DNA of 64,000 bases, from positions 14,448,001 to 14,512,000 of the forward strand of contig NC_087250.1 in the NCBI RefSeq assembly GCF_037042905.1, in the 5' to 3' direction. The DNA comes from Lytechinus pictus. Lineage: Eukaryota. Below, piece after piece: positions 49,301-58,300 of this stretch. The notes beneath the pieces are model-generated. The model was given only the letters and a program-made list of their open reading frames with translations, was not told the origin of the DNA and searched no databases. Every line of letters starts with the position of its first letter. Position 1 is the stretch's first letter. Made by a program: the position numbers and the translations under genes.

Positions 49301-52300
49301 ACCGACAGTATGACAACTATTATCGATGGAAGTGGTGACTTTATTAATAAATGACAGAATAGCATGGGAAGTACTATGGTTTTTACGGAATCCAAATTGG
49401 AAGTTTGAAAAAATGTTGTGTAATTTGAAAAAAATCACTTGTTCTAATATGGACAAGTTTTTCTAGAATTTTAGATAGTGAAGTTAGTAAGGATATTGGA
49501 CGATAGTTGGAAACGAGTTGGCTATCACCTTTTTTTAACAGTGGGATGACTTTGGAGATTTTCATTTTATTAGGGACCCGTCCAGTGCTAAGAGAGATAT
49601 TAAATATATGTACCAATGGATCAACGATGGCTGTAATGATTTTTTTTAGAAGAAAGTTGGGTATACTGATTTTTTTTAGAAGAAAGTTGGGTATACAGGT
49701 TAGCAATGAATAAGTAACATATTTCAACAATCAAATAATGCGAGCCCAAAGAATGGAAATTCAAAGCACTTTTTGTAACTGAAACATATAATAGGTATAT
49801 AACTAAACAATTGATGCGAAGCGCGAGCGGAAAATTTTGAGATTTAGACCTAAGAACGAGAAACTCTATTCATGTTTTGTAAATCATGAAAAGGATGAGT
49901 AATTGGGGGCCTTCCTTACACCCGGTCCTTACATTAATAATGCGAGTGCAAACTGCAAAGTGCAGCCATAAAATGTCTTTTTTAAATTTGAACTGATCGA
50001 AAAGGTACTTGTTAAAGACTGCTTGCACTTAACCATGAAGACGTTACATATTTCAACAATCATATAATGCTAGCGCGAATCGCGAGCTGAAAATTGTTGA
50101 CATTTCTACAGAAAGAATCGAAAATTTTAATCAATTTTCCTAATCATGAACAGGGTAGCTATATAACTAACCAATTGATGCAAGCGAAGCGCGAGCAGAA
50201 AAATTCGAGATTTAGACCCAAAACGGGACACTCGATCTATTCAAGTTTTGTAAATCATGAAAAGGATAAGGAATAGGGGATCTTTCTACATTAATAATGC
50301 GAGCACAAAGCGCGAGCAGAAAATTTTTGATATTGTGATCTGAAACTGGATAATGATTTAAATAGAGAACAAGTTGAGTATCTGAATAAACATGCGCGTG
50401 TTTCAGATTTAGACCTAGAATCTAGGCATTTTATACACCTCTTTTATCATGAAAAATCTGAAAAAGAGTCAATTTCAGCTATATATTTCAAGCACTTTGT
50501 AGGAAAATTGTGAGGTGGATATTGATCGCACTTAATAAAGAGCTGATATTTTTCATTGTTATTTGAGTTTTGACAGTATAGGACCGGGACATCCTTGGGA
50601 CATGTCATATGAAAATGATGACTATCTTCCTATTCCTCTTGCTAAGCGCGAGATGAAACAAAAGGGACAATTTAATCGTTAAATTATTAATATCTTAATT
50701 ATTAATGCCTAATGAGGGCGAGAAATCTGATGATATTATGGCCTGAAAACTGGACATTTCAAGCAATTTTGTCATTATGAATAGAATGCATCAGTCAAAA
50801 TATCTTTTAACCATTAATGCGAGCGCAAATCGCGAGCCAAAATCTTTGATAAACTGTCATGAAAATCAATATTGAGACATACATAAATCGCCAATTAAAA
50901 TGCGAGCGAGTAGCCAGCGCTATCTGATACGTTTTGACAATCAGACTTGATTTTTTTCAAACTAAATGGAATACACAAAAATAATAGGTACTTAATAAAT
51001 CGAAATTTGCGAGCGCCCAGTGCGAGCAAAAATGTCAATATTCAGACCATGAAGCTGTCACTTTTACAGAGCACTTTTAAAAAATCAGTTTGTAAATCAC
51101 ACAAAATAATGAAAGTTCGATTTCCGAGGTGAAATGTGTAATGTATATTGACTTCCAAACTTGATATTTAAGCTCCATATTCACCTGACAGGCAATGCGA
51201 GCGCGAAGCGCGAGCGAAAATTTCATATAGTGACATGAAAAAATCTTTTTATTTTCCATGTCTTCCCCTCATCTTATTTTAGTCACTCTGGGAAATTTGA
51301 CAAGCCCCCCCCCCCCCCCCAAAAAAAAAAGAGAAGGTTTTCACCCAAAATGTAAGGTCATTTAGTCCAAAATACATGTATTATTTCGAATGTGAATGAT
51401 GCATTTTTCTCCATTATAAAAGACCAAAAATAGTAGGGGGGACATTTGATATTGTGTCCCCCCCCCCCCTACTATTTTTGGTAGGGGGGACACGTCCCCC
51501 CTGGATTTCCGCCATTGGTCAAGCGCGCGCAATGTTACACAATTTTTTCAATTGCTTCAATGCCGTGCGGGCGGCTGCGCACAGCGAGCTCGTCCAGCTT
51601 ATTTGAATATCGATGGTTCATAAATGCGAACAGGGGTCTTACGAATACTAGCGATTGATCCGATCAACCACAACTATGGAAAGCCAGCAACATCTACATC
51701 TTAAATGCATGTTTGGGCAAAATATTTCTAGATATGCAGTACATTTATGCATTCATCGATTCATTGCAAATTCTCTTTGTTTGAAAGGGAAATTGTGCAA
51801 ATTTCCTGTAGAAATTATATGGCATTGATGGATTTCCATACAGTTGAGGTTGATCAGATCAATCACAACTATGGACGGCCAGCAATGTCAACATCTTTTA
51901 TGCATGTTTGTTCAAAATATTTTCTATGATGTACATTCATGCATTCATTGTTTTCTGGAAAATTCACTGTGCTTCTTTTTGTTTACAAAGGACATTGTGC
52001 ATATTTCCTGTAGAAAAAAGTATGACACTGATGGATTTCCTTAGAGTTACGATTGATTGGATCAATTGTAACTCTTTGTAAGACGAGGCCCTGGTCTATA
52101 TGTAAGGATGATATCAGCAGTAGATATGAAAGCACTACGATGAAAATTGTAGAGCCGGGCAGCATACAGCCAATAAAGGAGCTTTCGTAAAAATTGATGG
52201 TCGGACCATCTGCGCATGCGTTAAACAAGATGTTTCGTCGACCCTCCTGCTTGTTTTTACGACTGTCTACGGGTGAATCGAAGTTGTTCCAAAACTATAA

Positions 52301-55300
52301 AATGACGATAGAGAGTTTTTTCACGTACGCCTATTGCCTTTTCAATAGGTCCAGACATAACATTTTACTCATATAGTGCAAAATAATGCACGATATAGGT
52401 CTACAAGAAAAATACCTGTTGAAGATATGAAAGCACTTCATGAAAACTGGAGAGCACGTGACATAGCCAAATAAAAAATTAAGGAATTTTTCGCTTTGTG
52501 TGACAAATCCAGTCATGACGATGAAATTGACGAATGACACATCTGCGCATCCTGTCTGAACTAGTTTTGTCGGTCCTTTAGTTTTATGTTTTCAGGCTGA
52601 ATCACCGTTGTCCTGAAAACGACAAAATTAGAAAAAAAAATTGGTCACGAATTACCTTCTCAATACATCAATCCTAGTTCAGACTTAACATTTCCACGGA
52701 CACTGTTTTCGATATAATGCATATACACTGCAAAAATACATGTGTTATTTTAACACCAACTCGGCCTCTGTATAGGAAAGCACCAGAGATGTGTTAAAAA
52801 GCACCACTTGGGCTTAGGCGAACACCAGATAGCCATTTAAATTACACTAATCAGTGTTAAAAAAACACTTCTCTGGTGTTTTCCCATAAAGATAGGCCTA
52901 CTGGGCTAGTCTTAAATTGACACCGGTGTTTTTGCATTGTAGGTCTATATGCAATGTTCACATAAGAACGTTATCAGCATTAGATGTGAACACACCTCAT
53001 GAAAACTAGAAAGGCGGTCAAAAAATCCTAACAAAATTTTGCTTTGCATCATACCCTTTTTACACACGCTAAAATTTCCTTAACCCCGTACTATAGGTGG
53101 GGCTAAATTGCCATTTAGCCCCACTTATACCCTTTTTACACACGCTAAAATTCCCTTAACCCCGTACTATAGGTGGGGCTAAATGGCAATTTAGCCCCAC
53201 ATATAGTACGGGGTTAGGCTTAGCCCACTTTCTTTTTACACAGCATTTTTGCAAAGTGGGCTAACCCCACCTTTTGTACGGGATTATTTGGCCCTGCAAA
53301 AAAGCAGGGTTATCCCAGCAATTGCGGTGCTAAGAGCGATAGTACGGCGTTAAGATCGCTAGTGTAAAACGAAAGTGGGCTTAGCTTAACCCCGTACTAT
53401 AGTACGGGGTTAAGGAAATTTTAGCGTGTGTAAAAAGGGTACGAGTGAATGAGCTACCACTATAGTCCGGGGTTAGCGAGTTTCGTGTGTGAAAAGCAAG
53501 CATTCCTTATCCGGGGTTAGCAATAACAATTTGGCATGTGTGAAAAGGAAAAAAAATAGTACGGGGTTAAGGATAGTACGGGGTTAGCGATAGTCCGGGG
53601 CTAAGAAAATCCTGTGTAAAAAGGGTACTATAGTACGGGGTTAAAGGGGAATCCAACCCAAATAAAAACTTGTTTTTCTAAGGAAAAGAAAAATCAGACA
53701 AGTTGATAGGTGAAAGTTTGAACAATATTGGACAAACAACAAGAAAGTTATGAATTTTTAAAAGTTGTAAATATTGGTAATCACTATACCCATGGAGACT
53801 TCAAATTGGCCGCATATGGGATGTCATCGTGATGTAAGGCAAGGACTAGTCTTCCATGTACTCCAATACATATTATGGCTAAAATGTAATTTTTCCCAAA
53901 AGTTTTATTTCAAATTATATTTTTCTTTCATGAGGACATAAAACAATATAATACCTGGGTTATATTTAGATTACTGCCCCAGGGGAATGGGTACTTAGGA
54001 GAAAACCACAAATCCCTGATAATAAAGTACATGGCCTATGGGAAAGTTGTCCTTGCCCCTTGTCATAATTTACTTACCCAGTTGCCAATTTGAAATCTAC
54101 ATAGTATTAGTGATCTCAATTTTAAAGCAGCTATAACTTTCTTATTACTTGTCCGATTTCTTTCAAACTTTCACCATTCTGTTTAATTTATTTTTCTCCT
54201 TCCCAACACAATATTAAATGGCCAAGGCTGGATTCCCCTTTAAGCTTAGCCCACTTTCTTTTTACACAGCATTTTTGCAAAGTGGGCTAACCCCACCTTT
54301 AGTACGGGATTATTTGGCCCTGCAAAAAAGCAGGGTTATCCCAGCAATTGCAGTGCTAAGAGCGATAGTACGGGGTTAAGATCGCTAGTGTAAAACGAAA
54401 GTGGGCTAAGCGCTCCCATTCATGCCCCGCAACAGTGCCGGCCCTGTTGTCCAATCAGAGGTAAGCATAATGAATATTCATGAACAGCGAACACGGCGAT
54501 GAGAATCAAGCAAATAACGTAATTAGGTCTATCGTATAGCCGGAGTGAAGTACTTGTACTACGAATGATCGACAAATGTATTTAAAGCGCGCGCGATTTT
54601 GACCCGAATGACCCCTCAGTGCGCTCGTGAATATTCATGAGCTACCACTAGTCCGGGGTTAGCGAGTTTCGTGTGTGAAAAGCAAGCATTCCTTATCCGG
54701 GGTTAGCAATAACAATTTGGCATGTGTGAAAAGGAAAAAAAAATAGTACGGGGTTAAGGATAGTACGGGGTTAGCGATAGTCCGGGGCTAAGAAAATCCT
54801 GTGTATAAAGGGTTTATAATGCTTTTGATGAGAGTGACGATTGTACCATCTAAGCATGCGTTAACAATCATGATCGATCATTGTTTAAAAATATTTTTTT
54901 TAATGAATAATGTTTATAATGCAGCACCAGGGTACTACTTAGAGAGCAGCTATGGAGCCAACACTTTGACCACGCCTCCAGTAGGCCCTTCCGGTCCGCA
55001 TTGTCAAGTAGAGCTCTTTTACTACATGAGCAATTCATCCGCGCAGTTGGAGCTGCGAGTCTACGTGGTATCGGGACCTCAGCTTGCTTTCTTCAGCGGG
55101 AGAGATTCGGCGGGCCGATGGGAGAAGGCCACTGTGATAGTCGGAGAGTTCACCTTTCAGTTTATGGTAGAGTATTGGCCACCAATTATCTTCATACACA
55201 TAACGCTCAGCTTCGCAGTTCTGTGTGTAATTGGGGGCGTCGTAATTTTGTGGTTATGACTCTCGTCTTGCAATCTGAGGGAGACGTGGGTTCGTGGGTT

Positions 55301-58300
55301 TGCATGGGGGTAACGCAGCGAATTCTCAAATTAATAGACTTTTTATATTACAAAAAAGGGTGATTCGTATTGTTAGTCATGCAGAATTCAGGGCACATAC
55401 AAATATTCTGTTTTCGAGAAATAAAGTCTTGAAGGTTCAAGATTTATATTATTTTCAACTCGGACAGTTAATGTACAAGTTTATCAATAAACAATTACCT
55501 TTACCTTTTACTGATATGTTTGTAAAAAACTATACAATTCATAAGCACTTCACTCGCCAGGCGAGTTCCTTTCATTTACCTTTGAATAGAACATCGTTTG
55601 CACAGAAGACATTTGTTTTTATTGGTCCAAAATTATGGAATTCTTTTTCAAAGGATATTATACAATGTAATTCAATACAAAATTTCAAAGGAAAACTTAA
55701 GAAATATTTTCTGAATTCATATTAGATTATCGTTTTTTTCCCAAAGTAATGTAATTCAGAACTTAATATGTAAATGTGTTTATTAATTTCTCTTTTATGT
55801 TTAATCGTTTTATGATTTCTGTATACAGTGTATACTGAATCTTTTTTTATTATTATTATTTATTTATTTCTATTTGTTTATTTCTTATTCATTATATATA
55901 TGTACAGTATATACATTGTTTATTTCTTTATTTTATATCATTTTTTATTCATAAAATGTACTTATAAAAGGGGGCCTTCACCCTACAAGCTCTGCTTTTT
56001 AGTTGGTCTCCTTCTCTTTCGATTTCATGGTCTTACTGTATTATAAAAAGTGATTTAAATGTTGTATTTTGTAAATATGTATATTGAACTATCATTGTAA
56101 ATGTAAAAAGATTGAAAGAGGAAATAAATGAATTGAATTGAATTGAATTCCCAGCCATGGCGTGTTTTCCTTCAGCAATAAAGTTACCCACATTTATCTG
56201 CACTCATTTAAGTGAATTGGTACCCGGTAGGAAGAAATTCCTCTAATGCTTAAGCGCATATATGCTACATATAGGAAGCGCAGTGCTTTGTATCCACAGG
56301 CAAACAACGCTATATAGATCAACTGTTTTTATTAATGTTGTTGTTATTATTATTATTAATCATATTTTGATTTACGAAGATCAAATCAATACATTCATGG
56401 AGCGCGGCAAAAAATAGGAGTCAATTATTGTGTTATTTACTTACGGTGTTCTATCATTCGTGTGAAAAGTGCATTTAATTTATCTATGATATAAATGAAA
56501 ATCGATGTAGGCGCAGATGAACCAATTTTCGTTTGATTTGAATGAAATTAGATCTGCGCATGTTCTATCGTACATTCCCTCAGGACTACGCATGCGCAGA
56601 TTACTCGCTTTGTTATGTTTTCAGGACTGAGCATGCGCAGACCAATGCCTATATTTGGATGACGTAGAAAATCGATCTGCGCAGGGTCTGTTTTGAATTT
56701 TCTCGAGAAAGAGCATGCGTAAATCAATTCTTATATAATTCTTCCGCCCTTGTTCTCTTCCACCTTAACGTTGATATTTAATTCCTAAACGTTGTTATAT
56801 TTATTTCAGCTTGCATTCGATCATTTATATTTCTTGCCTCCCGATGGTGAATTTATGGCTCTAGATGGTATATCATTTATCCAATGCGACAGAAAAATCC
56901 AAACAACGACATCCCAAAGTAAGCGTTTTTTGTGTTTTTCAGTTTTTATAATTTTGCGGGTTTTTTCGTTTTGTTTACAATAATATGTTAGTAATTTGAT
57001 CAAATACTATATATATTTCAACTAACAGGAATTTCTTTTAGTTCTTGTTCTGCCCCTATTGTCTTACTTATTGATCAGAAAGATGTTAATTTTCTTTTAT
57101 AACGAAGCATCTGTAAAAAAAAATACTTCTGTCTCTTTGAATGATGTAGGTTCAAATGCAATGGAGTACCTTTTACAGTGCAACATTTTGAAATCATGGC
57201 ATAAATATATCACTGTTTTACCGATGTGATATTTTTTCAAAGGGTTTCATAACTCCTAATTATTCAGTATGTTCCCTTTTCACATATTTTGTTTTCTTGG
57301 ATTGATTCGCATTTTGTTACTATTTTGGATTTTTGTCTTGTTATTCATATCTATATTAACTTTTCTTTTGGGTGTGTTTGTTCACGTTATGCGATCACCC
57401 ACCTCAGTACATTTTTTACAATAAAAATTATCCCTACTTCATTTTATTACTATTAGTTTTTCAAATGTGGTTTAAATGTGCTTTATTCTTACAAAAATGC
57501 AATCTGACATATCCCGTTTAACCTAAATAATTGATGTCATGGGCTGGCAACATCGTGTTTGTATTTCACCTAATTCATGCTACTTCACATTATTAACTCG
57601 TTTAGCAACTACTTCAGTTTTTCACCTGCATTTACACTATGAATTCGTATAGCGACTACTTCTATTGTGACGTCATCTAAGCCTACTCAGTCCCAGCCCC
57701 CTACAACAAGTGGCATACCACCAACAACACGACCTACCACCATGACCACTCAATCAACTAGAGGGGTATCAGAGAGTACAACAAATGTGAGAACGACAGT
57801 GGAAAATAATGATCCAACGGGAAATTCTCCGAATAGTGAGTGACCATAATTATGATGATATTGCCGCTGCTGCTGCTGCTGCTGATGACGATGATGATAA
57901 TGACAATAATAATAATAATAATAACAATGATGACAATAATGATAATAACAATGATAACAATAATGATAATAACAATGATAATAACAATAATAATAGCAAT
58001 GATAACAATAATGATAATAACAATCAATAATAATAATAATAACAATAATAATGATCATATAGTGTGGATCCAGTAAAAAATCGAATCTGGAAATATTTGT
58101 AAAAATGTGTACATTTTTTTTTCTATTTCGTTTTATTTTCTTCTATTTTCTAAATAGCTGCTCTTATTGCCTCTCTGTCAGTCATATTCGGTGTAATGCT
58201 TATAGGTCTCGTCGTTCTATCTCTCGTTTTCTGGACCAAAAATCGAAAAAAGTAAGCGAAATAAAATTTTCATTTGTCAATCAACATTACTGTACAACAA

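Noticed and set aside
54801..55259. ORF with an apparent C-terminal TM segment as a standalone gene or gene end
   Set aside because: The hydrophobic end is intronic/SINE read-through; the MAM domain completes in exon 22 and the real TM is in exon 24
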